Below, one piece after another: positions 28,191 to 43,123 of a stretch of 64,000 bases of DNA. The translations under genes and the position numbers were made by a program. Positions within the stretch are counted from its first letter, which is position 1, and each line of letters starts with the position of its first letter. The notes below the pieces were generated by a model. That model was not told the origin of the DNA, searched no databases, and saw nothing but the letters and a program-made list of their open reading frames with translations. The stretch is taken from NCBI GenBank assembly GCA_964016885.1, contig OZ024741.1, positions 39,618,001 through 39,682,000 of the forward strand. The letters are read 5' to 3'. This stretch comes from Eledone cirrhosa. Its lineage: Eukaryota.

Positions 28191-28747
28191 ACGCTGTAAC
28201 TGTTGTTCTGAATTCAACTCTGAGTATCCGGACACATCATTAAATTATGTCCAACCCTGACCATCTCGTCAATGAAGCAATTATAGAGGTCATGTCTCTG
28301 CTAATGCACATTGCTTGTAAATTAGCTGAAAATATGTCATTGATTCTTCGTCCTACGAAAAAACATGATTGATATTCAGGAAGAATGGCTGTTGCATTTG
28401 GTATTACCTGCTAAATAATTAAATTCTTGCTGAACTTCTGTAATGCATGTGGATAAGTGCTTAGGGGTTTCAGTTAACGACGACGGCTTTGTGAGTTTAG
28501 GATAGGGTGGGACGTCCTCTTCTCTTTCAGCTGCGAGCTAATTCTGCAATGAACTGGTGTCCCTATCAGCGGAAGATCTTGCTCTGTGAGTCACTTAACG
28601 CCAAGGAAACGTTGATATACTCCGGCATGATAATCCGCAAGGCTTGAACTTTAAATCTTACCAATCAGAAGATCCTTTGCAAAATCAAGTTATATTTAAC
28701 TGCTTGAAAATTCTGTTTTTTAGATTTGGGAATTGAAATAATAAGAG

Positions 28748-28797
<50 letters not shown>

Positions 28798-29066
28798 GAG
28801 AGAAATATAGATATAGATATATCCGTATGTGGTTGACAGCTGAGAGAAAGGAGTACTAAATACCGAAGTAATATTCAATATTATTAAGGCTAAAAGTGAG
28901 TTTTGTTATTATGGAGTTTCACCTGTTAATCACAGGGTCAACACATAGTGTCGGTAAGCAACCTACACATACTCAAATTTACACACACACACACACACCT
29001 ATATATATATAATTTGCACCAACAGGTGCGTGTGTTTTTATTGGCAACATGACTCTCCCAAAGTAT

Positions 29067-29119
<53 letters not shown>

Positions 29120-30121
29120 AACACATAAATAAACATATATGTCTGTGTGTGTGATTATGCATATATCTACACATATATACACACCAGGTACACACACACG
29201 TACACATATACATACCTTACATTATATGATTCTTGAACTGTTGTGTTCCTGAGCAAGACGCTTCATTTCACGTTGCCCCTGACCACTCAGCAGAACATAG
29301 GGTCTAAGCTCTGCAATAGTTTGAAACACCCAAACACTTCGGGCTGACGAGTGGAATATGCTACACGGACACTGCAGAAAGCCCGTGGTATATATGTATG
29401 TGTAGTGATGATGAAGGTTAAAGTGTGCTTGAGAAGGGAGTTCAATGACTGAAACCGGTAAAAAAAACACACATAAAAGAATAAAACAACTATATACTTC
29501 GTGACAAAATACAGTTGTAATCGTCCTTTGATTCATTGCTCTATTATTTTTATCATTATTGTTATTATTATTGTTATTATTCCCTTAGAAAGCAGTTGTA
29601 GCATTCATTATACACTATACACTATACATTATACATTATATATTTATGTATTATACATTCATGTATTATTTATAAGACGGCGGGAATAACTGTAAAAAAA
29701 TCTGTTAAAATCTGAACTTTCTTTTCTCATCTATATGAAAGTCTATTGTTGCTATAGAAATATTTACGTTCTCAACACTTATTTAACAGACACATGAAAA
29801 GTAATATACAAAACTCTCCCTCCCTCTCTCTCCTTCTAACTATGTGTCTATGTATTCATACATATATATGTACGTGCGTATATAAGTGTGCATATAGACA
29901 CACACACACACACATGTATAGATATATATATATTTATATGTGTGCATATGTACGAGTGTGTATGCATGTATGAATATAAGTATATATATATATATATATA
30001 GATATATATATATACTTATATTCATATATGCATGCATACACACATATATATATATACATACATACATACAGTTATCTGTCTGTCCCCCTCTCTCTCACTC
30101 TCTCTCTCTCTATATATATAT

Positions 30122-30642
<521 letters not shown>

Positions 30643-30969
30643 TATATAGTGCTACAAACAATTATATATATATAAATTTTTTTCTCTCTCTCTCTCGTCT
30701 GCGACTTCACAGAACTTATGTTTACCGAATTCGCAGACCAGACCCCTTCTTCCTCCCGTTAGACCTGTGCGAAATTCCTTCCTTGCTCACATTTCAACCA
30801 GGTTTGATGGTCTTTATTATCTCGTTCACGATTCCACCGAATTTATATTCATAGAAATCTGGGACTTGTTCTTCTTCATCACTTTCTGTTGCTTAAACCA
30901 TTTTGTTTATTTACCCTAGCGTCCCCTTTATTTACGTGTCCCAACGACTTTTTTTAGCCGTTGCTCGCA

Positions 30970-31036
30970 CCAACCTGAGGTATATGGCCTTTAATGCGAC
31001 GAAATGCCTACGACGGTTGGAAGGCCACTGATGAGG
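30970..31036 (+). ncRNA. Candidate rearranged (pseudoknotted) hammerhead, best copy
   Basis: AGGTAT-A-TGGCCTT ... C-GAA-ATGCCT ... AAGGCCA-CTGATGA-G; see first finding. Confidence 0.55.
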
Positions 31037-31108
31037 ACAAACTTTTTCATATGTAACCCATTTGCAGCGCCGCAGCTCCATTATTATCATATATATATAC
31101 ATATATAT

Positions 31109-31480
31109 ATATTAATGAAAGGAATTCCAACTTTGTCTGATTTACTCGTTTAATTTACAATCCTTTAAAATTTATAATGGTATTAGAATGAAATAGTACG
31201 GTAGAATATTAAATGTTAAGTGTTAATTGAACAAGTACTTTCATGCTTTCGCAATCTTCAGGTTCAGATTGTGTGGTGACAGTCAAGTTTGCGAATTTCA
31301 ACTTGACTGTCACCACACAATATAAACCTGAAGATTGCGAAAGCATGAAAGTACTTGTTCAATTAACACTTAACATTTAATATTCTACCGTACTATTTCA
31401 TTCTAATACCATTATAAATTTTAAAGGATTGTAAATTAAACGAGTAAATCAGACAAAGTTGGAATTCCTTTTATTAATAT
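31109..31480. mobile_element. Near-perfect 370-bp palindrome; each arm carries a hammerhead (31228-31266 -, 31323-31361 +)
   Basis: Arms of ~180 bp with a 10-nt spacer at 31290-31299; TGAAC-CTGAAGA-TTGC gaaa GCAT-GAAA-GTAC-TT-GTTCA. Confidence 0.9.
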
Positions 31481-31535
31481 AATCTTCTATACACAGTCAT
31501 ACACACCCTTGTATATTTATCTATATATATATATA

Positions 31536-31658
<123 letters not shown>

Positions 31659-32862
31659 TCCTAAAAGATGTATACACACTTTGATTACCTCTATAGGTAA
31701 TATTTATTAGAATGGTGTTGAAATGTGCATTCATATTTGGAGGACAAAAAAAACTAGATCTACCAACTCATAATATTATGATATTATAAAATTAAATCAA
31801 ATTATTTAGAACTACAAGTGAAGTCATTCTTTTCCTTTTTTTCAAATATATATACATATTTATTATTATTACTATATATATACATATTATTATTACTATA
31901 TATATACATATTATTATTACTATATATATACATATTTATTATTATTACTATATATATATATATATTAACTACGATTAATATGCATGTGAGCAGAATACTC
32001 AATCAACCACTTTCACAAAAATAGATTTATTTGTATGTTTGTGTAACGATGAATGCGTGTGTGTAATAGACAGTCATGACTGAGATGTCATGTAATCTCG
32101 GGTTCGATCTCATTCCGTGGCGTCTTGGGTAACTGGCATTTATTTAGCAGGGCCTCGGGTCGATAGAAGCCTTGTGGTTGAAACTGTATTGAGGGTAAAG
32201 TGTATGGAAGACCATCGGCTGGATTGTGCCTGTAAGAAAGGTCCAACCTAATCCATATCTCTCTCCGTTGATTCATCTTGGGAATTAAGTTATAATTAAA
32301 CCTGTATGAGGAATAATTAAACACATATACTTTATTTCACAGGCTGGGCGTTTAATTGACCGAACAACTGATTGCTCGTCGTCGATATTGACGAAGGACC
32401 CAACATTCGATAGTGAAATTTAAGTGGTCATTTATTCATAGACATGTGTAAAATGTTGTAATTGTTAATACTAATGTTGTTTGTAGGGGAAGGACGACGG
32501 TGTTGGTGGCGTCGGAGTGCGTTAGTGCTTATTTTGTTGATGATGGTGATAATGTCCAATAGATTTCACCACTATTTACGTGTAGTACATGCGCGCGCGC
32601 GCGTGTGTGTGTGTGTGCGCGTATGTATGTGTGTATTAGGAAGGATATATAATATATATTTACATATATATACATATATATGTATATATATATTTGCATA
32701 TATATATACATATACATATATATACATATATATGTATATATATATTTGCATATATATATACATGTATATATATTTACATATATATATATATATATATGTG
32801 TATATATATATTTACATATATATATATTTATATATATATATATGTATACATATATGTATATA

Positions 32863-33008
<146 letters not shown>

Positions 33009-33062
33009 TTATTTATATATATATATATATATATTTAATAAATATGTATGTATATATATATT

Positions 33063-33111
<49 letters not shown>

Positions 33112-33284
33112 GCGTATGTGTGTGTGTATGTTTTTGTGTGTGTACTTGTAGATGAGATGTCGTCTGCCCCTGGCATTTCATCCCGTCTTGACAGGACATC
33201 TCAATCTGGTGTAAGTATTTAAGTATTTGCAACAGTGAAGTGTCATCATTGTTGTATAAATAGTGTTTTTGAGAATTTGTATAC

Positions 33285-33322
<38 letters not shown>

Positions 33323-33342
33323 GTATTTATACACACACACTA

Positions 33343-33418
<76 letters not shown>

Positions 33419-34101
33419 ATGTAAATATATATGTATGTATATATATATGTAATAGATATATATTTCTAATATATATATATACATACATATACATATATAT
33501 ATATATATATATCACTATGTGTTATCTTAACTAAATAATATTTGAGGAAGGCGTAAGTATATACATGTATGCCTGTGTGTGTTTGCACGTGTGTGCGTGA
33601 GTGTATCTGTTTGCGTGCGCACGCGTACGAGTGCGTTTGTGTGTTAATAAAGGGTAAATGATAAAATCGTCTGAGGAGAGCTCTTCGTAAAGTGTATACA
33701 TACAAATAGAGTCTTGCTGTCTGAAGTTGGCGAGTGTGTAAAACAATATCCAATCTAACGAGGCTCTCCTCACAGTTTCATTATAAAAGCTCCATTTAGA
33801 TGTGTGCAGATCATATCATAGAAAGCAAACAAGGGAGATAACACAAACAACCCTAGAAAATCTAAACTCTTTTGAAATTTGGAAATGGTCCTTGACAACA
33901 AACCAGCTTGGTGGAAATTAAGGGTGTTTCGATCTTATCAGGTTTCGTCAGCAGAGCCTATACACCTTGCAGTTTGGCATGATTGACAAAATTGAACGTT
34001 GGCAATCCACATTGTATATATACAGGCTGTCCCCAAAAATGTATATACACTTCAACAGCATTCTAATAAAAAAAGTGGGTATACATTCTTTGTGGGATAC
34101 C

Positions 34102-34173
<72 letters not shown>

Positions 34174-34176
<3 letters not shown>

Positions 34177-34531
34177 AACCAGTAAGACCCCGTCGAAATG
34201 GCTTGAGCTCAGCCGTCGGGGTCTTACTTGTTCCTATTACCCACTCTACTACCCTAAGTATTGAGTACTTTGGTGCGTTATGGTCCACCTGGTTCCTTAC
34301 CACATTTCCTTCGTTATATATATATATATATATAGGAGCGTGTAGGACCCCGACGGCTGAGCTCAAGCCGTTTCGAAGGCTAATTCTGGATTAAATGAAA
34401 ATGTTTATCCTGGTACATGAATAGCCGAGCTTCTCAGGGGGTAATCTGGGTCCTACTCGGTCCTACTACCCTAAGTATTGAGTACTTTGGTGCGTTATGG
34501 TCCATCTGGTTCCTTACCACATTTCCTTCGT

Positions 34532-34533
<2 letters not shown>
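34174..34533. mobile_element. Cluster of family A copies including the only full-length hammerhead (34347-34442, -)
   Basis: Minus strand ACCCC-CTGAGAA-GCTCGGCTATTC...GAATTAGCCTTC-GAAA-CGGCT tgagctc AGCCG-TC-GGGGT. Confidence 0.75.
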
Positions 34534-34590
<57 letters not shown>

Positions 34591-34734
34591 ATATGACAAC
34601 AAGGTATCGTTTAAGGTAATCCAGCTAGAGGTTGTGAGTACTCTGTGTTGAGGATTGTTTGACTCAACAAGAAGTTTCCTTAGTCAGGTGGCCAGTTTAA
34701 GAGAGTTCCTGGGCAGGTGTTTCTTGGAGTAATA

Positions 34735-35097
<363 letters not shown>

Positions 35098-35417
35098 GTG
35101 AGGTTTATTTTTACAAAATGAAAAATAACCGAGGTGTCCTACACGAGTGAAAGTATAAAGAAAAAAAGATGAAGTCGAAATACAACGGAAGTCTTATTTT
35201 TTTAAAAATATATATATTTATTTGGTTCCTTTTCTAAGAAAAACCACAGACCCTCCATCTCAACTCTACTTTTGAAAGCAAAAGAACTGCGAAACCGGTA
35301 AAGGAACCAAATAAATATATATATTTAAAAAAATATATATATATTTATTTGGTTCCTCTACCGGTTTTTAAAAATAAGACTCCAGTTGCATTTTCGATTT
35401 CATCTTTTTTCCTTATA

Positions 35418-35470
<53 letters not shown>

Positions 35471-35589
35471 CGAAGGAGGTGTGGTAAGGAACCAGATGGA
35501 CCATAACGCACCAGAGTACTCAATACTTAGGGTAGTAGAGTGGCTAATAGGAAAATGTTCAACCCCCATTTTCCTATATATATATATAT

Positions 35590-35765
35590 ACGAGAGGGTG
35601 CTGAAAATGTCGTGGGTTTGGGTATAAGAATATACAGGAGGATCAGTTAATTATGATTTTATTTAATATATACTCCTCTCAGATTCACAAACATATTGTA
35701 GTGGCCCTTCAATTTTTTTTTTTTAACCCCATGTAAAAAGAACTGGGAAGGTTGGGCCTCTAACC
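35590..35765. mobile_element. Mariner-like terminal fragment
   Basis: Begins TA-CGAGAGGGTGCTGAAAA, similar to mariner TIRs. Confidence 0.45.
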
Positions 35766-35788
35766 AGGTCTCTGTAGCAACAATCAAC

Positions 35789-35842
<54 letters not shown>

Positions 35843-37178
35843 TATAAAATAACAGGAGGCTGGACTGGTGTAAATCCTTGAAAGGTTAATTATACTATGA
35901 TCATTTCAATGACCGGGTTCCATATGAATTCGGTGATATCATCAGGTATTGGAATATAACAAAGAAATATGTAAAAAACCATGGGTCCGAAAATTCAGAG
36001 ACAGAGACAAAGAGGACGACTGACCAACTAGCTGCCTTTAGCTCGGCCAGTCGCCCTCAAAGTGGTGGCAACTGAATCTACTAATGAACATCTGGTGAGG
36101 GGGCGAAGGCTTATAATGCACTACCACCTCTCCGTCAAAGAAAAAGAAAAAGGGGAAGAAAGAAAGAAAGGGAGAAAGAAGTCAGCGTAAGGGTCACACT
36201 ACATTCATGCTAGAAAATGCCGCGAATAAATGCTACTCCAAAGAATCTATAATGGGTGTCTGTATGGTCTAATGCGTGAACCGAAGATTGGAACGTTAAA
36301 CTTATGTTGCGAGTTATAGGATGAAATTAAATTAAATTAAAAATATTAAATTGCAAAATGATAAATTGAAAAATAAGTTATTAGAAAATTAAAGGTTAAG
36401 GTAGCGAGATTTATTTAATGAACTTACGGAGAGAGTCTTATATGAAAAAATGTATCTCGATAAGATATTAGGATGGGATATAGAGTAAAGATTTCGATTG
36501 CGAGTCCCAGCCAGCACCCCTCCCCCCAACCACCACCATGAGTCAGCCAGTCTCGACTGGTACCATCCAGCGAAAGAAATGAAAATTAATTTTTCCGAGT
36601 ACTCTAGGAACGTAGCTACCTTAGGCCCCGGGAGCGCTAGCGGGAACTCCACAATTTCGACAGGCCATCGTCTATACCAAACGAATATTATTAAATCACA
36701 CATGAGGGGTTTATTTACGTGCCAGTAGAGGCATGATACAGCTAATAGTTATGCCTAAACCTGGAGTTTATAGGTACAAGTATAATATGGCAGCCAAAAC
36801 AGGCGGCGCGGTGGGACCGGGGCAAAACCAACCGCTCCGAGTAATTTCGTTTACCGAAAGAGGAGATATTTATTTTTCCGAGCACTCAAGGAAGGCTGAA
36901 CTATCCGAGTGCCCAGCGCCCAGCCGGGAAAAGCCACCACACAAGTCGAAGGTAGCAACCAATGAAAAGTGCAAATAGACCAAAATTATTTTAAAGTCCC
37001 AGTTAATCCGGGTAATAAGAAGTGTGGTTCTTAGGTGGGTAGGGGGCTATAAAAGGTGCATAATGACCTGAGTAAGGAAAGTTACAAAAAAATAATAAAA
37101 GCAGGATACAAAGATAAAATACAAATATAAAGATAGAATACATTGATCAAAATACATTAATAAAATAATAATAATGAT

Positions 37179-37369
37179 AATTGTTTCTACTTTTGGCACA
37201 AGGCCAGCAATTATTCCAGTACATTACTGGTACTTTATTTTATCGACCCCGTAAGGATGAAAGGCAAAGTTAACCTCGGCGGGATTTAAACTCAGAATGG
37301 CAAGGGCCGTAACTTTATGCGTCAAAGCATGGCGTCCGACCCTCTACCGATACTGCCAATCCACCGCCC

Positions 37370-37370
<1 letters not shown>
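37179..37370 (-). mobile_element. Full-length Meta-domain-like tRNA SINE
   Basis: Head (reverse) GGCGGTGGATTGGCAGTATCGGTAGAGGGTCGGACGCC, B-box GAGTTTAAATCCC, Meta core and AAT-rich tail. Similar copies at 38545-38731 and 42029-42210. Confidence 0.9.
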
Positions 37371-37405
<35 letters not shown>

Positions 37406-37543
37406 CCCCGACGGAAGAGATACAGCCGTTTCGACGGGTATTTGTGGACATACATTTTCCTATTACCCTCTCTACTACTCTAAGTATTGAGTACTCTGGT
37501 GCGTTATGGTCCATCTGGTTCCTTACCACAACTCCTTCGTTAC

Positions 37544-37625
<82 letters not shown>

Positions 37626-37626
37626 G

Positions 37627-37657
<31 letters not shown>

Positions 37658-37798
37658 GGAGGCTGCCAACTCGTTTTCGAGTACGGCCACTACTCTATAT
37701 CCATGTAGGAGAATCCCTACCGATGCGCTGAACGAGTGTGACTTTTTAATCTAGCCAGCGACTTGAAAACTCTGGTACAAACACTACACTTGTGACAA

Positions 37799-37829
<31 letters not shown>

Positions 37830-38104
37830 CATACATACATACATACATACATACATACCTATGTACATATATATAAGACAAATAATGTGTGGTAAGAAAC
37901 CAGGTGGACCATAATGCACCAGAGTATTCGATACTTAGGGTAGTAGAGTGGGTAATAGGAATAGAGTTAGGACCTCGACGGCTGAGCTCCGGCCGTTTTG
38001 ACAGCTACATCCGAACAATTCGGATGTGGCTGTCGCAACGGCTTGAGCTCTGCCGTCGGGGTCATACTTTTTCTTATATATATATGTGTGTGTGTGTTTC
38101 TGAG

Positions 38105-38156
<52 letters not shown>

Positions 38157-38475
38157 CTCAGAAACACCTCACTCTGTGTTGTTCAGGAATCGAAACCACA
38201 GAATTATGTTCATGAGTCCAACACCCTAACTATTAGGCCTGTGCCAAAAGTTGTGAGATTACTTCATCCACTTCGCGTACGACTACTGGCAGCAGTGCAC
38301 CAACAATTGAACGCTCTGATCAACCCATCGAATCTAATATTGAATAATCAATATCATGGTCTGCACAAACCAGCCGACATTCCTACGTCCGTTCTTTCTT
38401 TCTATGTACATGATACTTTCTCTGACACTGCATTCACCGTCTCTCTTACACACACACGCACAGAAACACGCACAG

Positions 38476-38545
<70 letters not shown>

Positions 38546-39367
38546 TATTGTTTCTACTTTTGGCACAATGCCATCAATCACTCAGTACATTACTGGTACT
38601 TTAATTTATCGACTCCGTAGGATGAAAGGCAAAGTTAACCTCGGCGGGATTTGAACTCAGACCGCAAAGGGACGTAACTATGCTGGAAAGCATGGCGTAC
38701 GACCCTCTACCGATACTACCAATCCACCGCCATATTTATATATATATAATATGTGTGTGTATATGTGCGTATATATATGTGCGTATGTATATATGTATGT
38801 ATTTATTTATGTGTGTGAATTAACAGACATATTAATATATGTGCAAAGATATGTCAGTGCATATGTATTTTACGTATATATTTATATACCTATGTAAGTA
38901 CGTATGTATATCTGAGTGTGTGTGTGTGTGTGTGTGTGCCTGTGTGTGTGTATGTGTATGTGTGTTTGTTTCTGTGTGTGCGTGTGTTTGTTTATGTGAG
39001 TGTGTGTGTGCGTGTGTGTTTGTGTGTGTATGTGTGTGTGTGTTTCTGTGTGTGTGTGTGTATGTGTGTGTGTGTTTCTGTGTGTGTGTGTGTATGTGTG
39101 TGTGTGTGTTCGTGCGGCATGACGTAGACAAGGACTGTGTGCAATAATCATGTTGACTCTGACATGCATATTTACACAAATATAAACTTTGGGTTTAGTT
39201 CAGTAACATGTCAAACATTTGTCAGACGACCAGTCTCATATCTTTATGACAAACACATAAGAATATATAACAAATGCTGACTGGCGTATATAACACATTC
39301 TGGCACATGCATATATATACATTGATATATTGATATACAGTGACATACATGGAAATATACGTGCATC

Positions 39368-39448
<81 letters not shown>

Positions 39449-39463
39449 GGAAATATACGTGCA

Positions 39464-39497
<34 letters not shown>

Positions 39498-39557
39498 ATA
39501 TGTATATATATATATATATATATATGTATAATATACGTACTCATATACATATATATA

Positions 39558-39661
<104 letters not shown>

Positions 39662-41252
39662 CATACATACATGCATATATATATATACATATATGTGTGT
39701 GTATGTGATTGTGTGTGTGTGTGTCAGTGTGTGTATGTAAACTTACTGTATCAATCCAAATTCTAGTGACGGCATATATATGTTTATGCGTATATGGTAT
39801 GTGTTTCATTAGCGTTACACACCTAAGAGTACAAGACACCAGTTCTTTGCATATTTAAACCCTAGCTGTCGCTGATACTCATTTTGTTTCTGGAGCAACG
39901 TAAAGTAAAGTACTTTGCTCAAGGGCAGATCACATCGCTCGACATGGAGATCTTGCTTCCAAACTCCTGACTGTGAAACCAATGACACAATCCATTAGGC
40001 TGCGTGTCTTCCTTTTTGTGTAAGCTTCTATATATCGAAATATTTCCCTTACCTCTTTATTAGATTTTAATCGGACAAATTATGTAGCTACACCACATGA
40101 TGTAGTCTACCTAAATACATGGAATAAAAATAATGTTAAGATAACATTATTTTAGAACATTAGCTTAAAATCTCCGGAGTCTTGTTGCTCAGCGTGTGGT
40201 ACAGATTTTACGCATTCAAATATAACATCCCTGCCATTGACCTAAACCTCTACGAGTATTACTGCATTAGTCTCTGATTCGGATCCTCAGAGATTAAAAA
40301 CCAAAATAATACCACGCTTGCAACATCGGGTCTCAAGGTTGTGAAATTGGATGACTGGAAATGTTTTTAACTTCTAGTCTTTCAATATAAAAACTGATCA
40401 CGTTACATGCATTCAGTATTACGTAATGTTTCGACGATGAGTGCTCCAGTAATTTAATCAACGGACCAGCCTGCATGTGAAATTAACATGCAAGTAGCCG
40501 AACTGAATATATCACAGACATGTGTCGCCCTTAACGTGAATCTCTGGGAAATTCAATGTGATATATTTAGTCATAGGTTTAGCCCTTTCAATTATAAGTA
40601 CAATCATCTATATTCTATAGTGGTTGAACTTTCCATTAAACCCTGTTACACTTACAATAAATTTCAGGGAGATTTGTCGTGATACAGTGTGTGAAATTTC
40701 ACCTGACATGCTTCCAAACATTTTCTCTCTACTCGATTTCACTTACAAAACTAGGGGTGACACGAGTCTATGATATGTAACACATACCTAAGTTTCCACG
40801 TAGTGGGATTGAAACGGAGACATTATGATTTCGAAACGAACCTTTTAACCATTCGATCAAGCTGTTTAAATACTGCATATAACAATACAATATAGAGAGG
40901 ACGAGATCTAACACAGCCTCTTATAAAACCTTTTGAAATGTTACGTTGGTTTTAGTAGTAATCTAACCATCACAAAATTTATGAAAAAAAAAAGGAAAAT
41001 ACATTACAAAATACTGACATTAATAAATTCAGTGCATAAGAAATACACATATTTTATATATAGTCCCTTGTGTGGGTGAAGTTGTTTGCTGTATTCCCTG
41101 GTTGAATATATAAGTTAGGCAATTATAGATTGAGTTAGAGAGGAAATGAAGGAAACGATTCATCAAGTGCTCGTAATATAGCAAATGCAACACTATCAAT
41201 TCAGGTTCATAATGTGATCTGTGTATGATCTAATAATGTTGAAATGCCCCTC

Positions 41253-41361
<109 letters not shown>

Positions 41362-41392
41362 TATACATACACACACATATATATATATATAC

Positions 41393-41425
<33 letters not shown>

Positions 41426-41455
41426 CATACATATATATATATATATACATATATA

Positions 41456-41539
<84 letters not shown>

Positions 41540-42994
41540 CACCTATATCTCCCAATATGCCCCTCTCTTTCTGTTTAACTCCCTACATGTAAATGCATAT
41601 GTAAATGCACATACACACACGTATATATACTTAGTTTTGTTCTCTACCGTCTTTAAATGTACATTGCTTGTTATACATTCAACATAAAGACAAACAAATT
41701 ACTGTAGCCTTAATTTCAACCTTCCATATATCTTCCTCCCTAATAGTTCCCCATCCCTAACAAGCCGCCATCGATTATATTTCGTCAATGATTTTAATGC
41801 AGGGATAAGGCCGTCTGAGTGAAAGGTTTCCGTGTCTAACTTCTATCACTAAGTATCTTCTGTTATAGCCCATCATCTACTCCAAGTTTTGAGAGTAACT
41901 GCATTGAATCCCGACAGATGAAGCCTATGTCTAATTCCAAGGCACACATGTGTCACAATGTGTGTCATGCGGACTCAACTGTTTACTATGAGATTCCTAC
42001 TTCCTGGCAATATCTTGCTAGTAACATTATAATTGTTTCTACTTTGGGCACAAGGCCAGCAATTTCCCAGTACATTACTGGTACTTTATTTTATCGACCC
42101 CCGTAAGGATGAAAGGCAAAGTTAACCTCGGCGGAATTTGAACTCAGATAATAAAGGGACGTAACACTATGCTTCAAAGCATGGTGTCCGACTCTCTACC
42201 GATACTGCCAAATCATGTTATACTTGTCAGTAGAAGACTCAGCTACTACCGTAATAATTCAAGGAGGGTACTACAGTCTGTGAAATACTCAGTCACTAAT
42301 ATTATAATTCCATGGTGGTATTAGTAGGTGTGGGATATTAAACCACTACAATTATATCTCTATAAGGACATGAATGTCTCTGCAATACTCAGCCGTTAAT
42401 ATTTATAATTCTAGGAGACGACTTGCGTTTTTTAAATACTCAGCTAATAGCACCATAATTCAATGCAGTAACTTCTTGGACCTTCGTTTGGATAATGAGT
42501 GTTACAATAGTCTGGTCAAATAAACAGCATAGTCGCTCATTTAATGTGTAAGTGACTGAGTATTCCATAGTCACGTCTAACCGCAACCTACTTCTCGGAG
42601 CGATTCTTCATGACACACGGTGTGACAGGGCAGGCTCTTTCAATTATAGGTACAATCCATCCGACCAGCTTACACACAATTTCAGTTTAAAAAAGGCTTC
42701 AAATTTCCCGAGGTTATAGTAAAATACACTTCACTAAGATAGTGTCCGATACCATGATGCGCCTATTTGAGGGCACGAATGTCCCTAGAATACTCAACCA
42801 CTAATATTAAACTTCAATGAGCGGAAACATTGTGTGGAATACAAAAGTGAGTAGGTAGTTTGACTTTTCAGATATTTCATTAGGGAGAGAAATGAAGTGC
42901 TCACAACCATTTTTCATGATATCTGAATCTGCTAGAGGGATATACATTTAATCTGAAGTGAAAACACACACACATGTGTATACATATATATATA

Positions 42995-43071
<77 letters not shown>

Positions 43072-43123
43072 TTTCTGAATTTGTTTAGCAAGATTCTTTA
43101 TCTGAAAACGTGTGTTGAAACCG

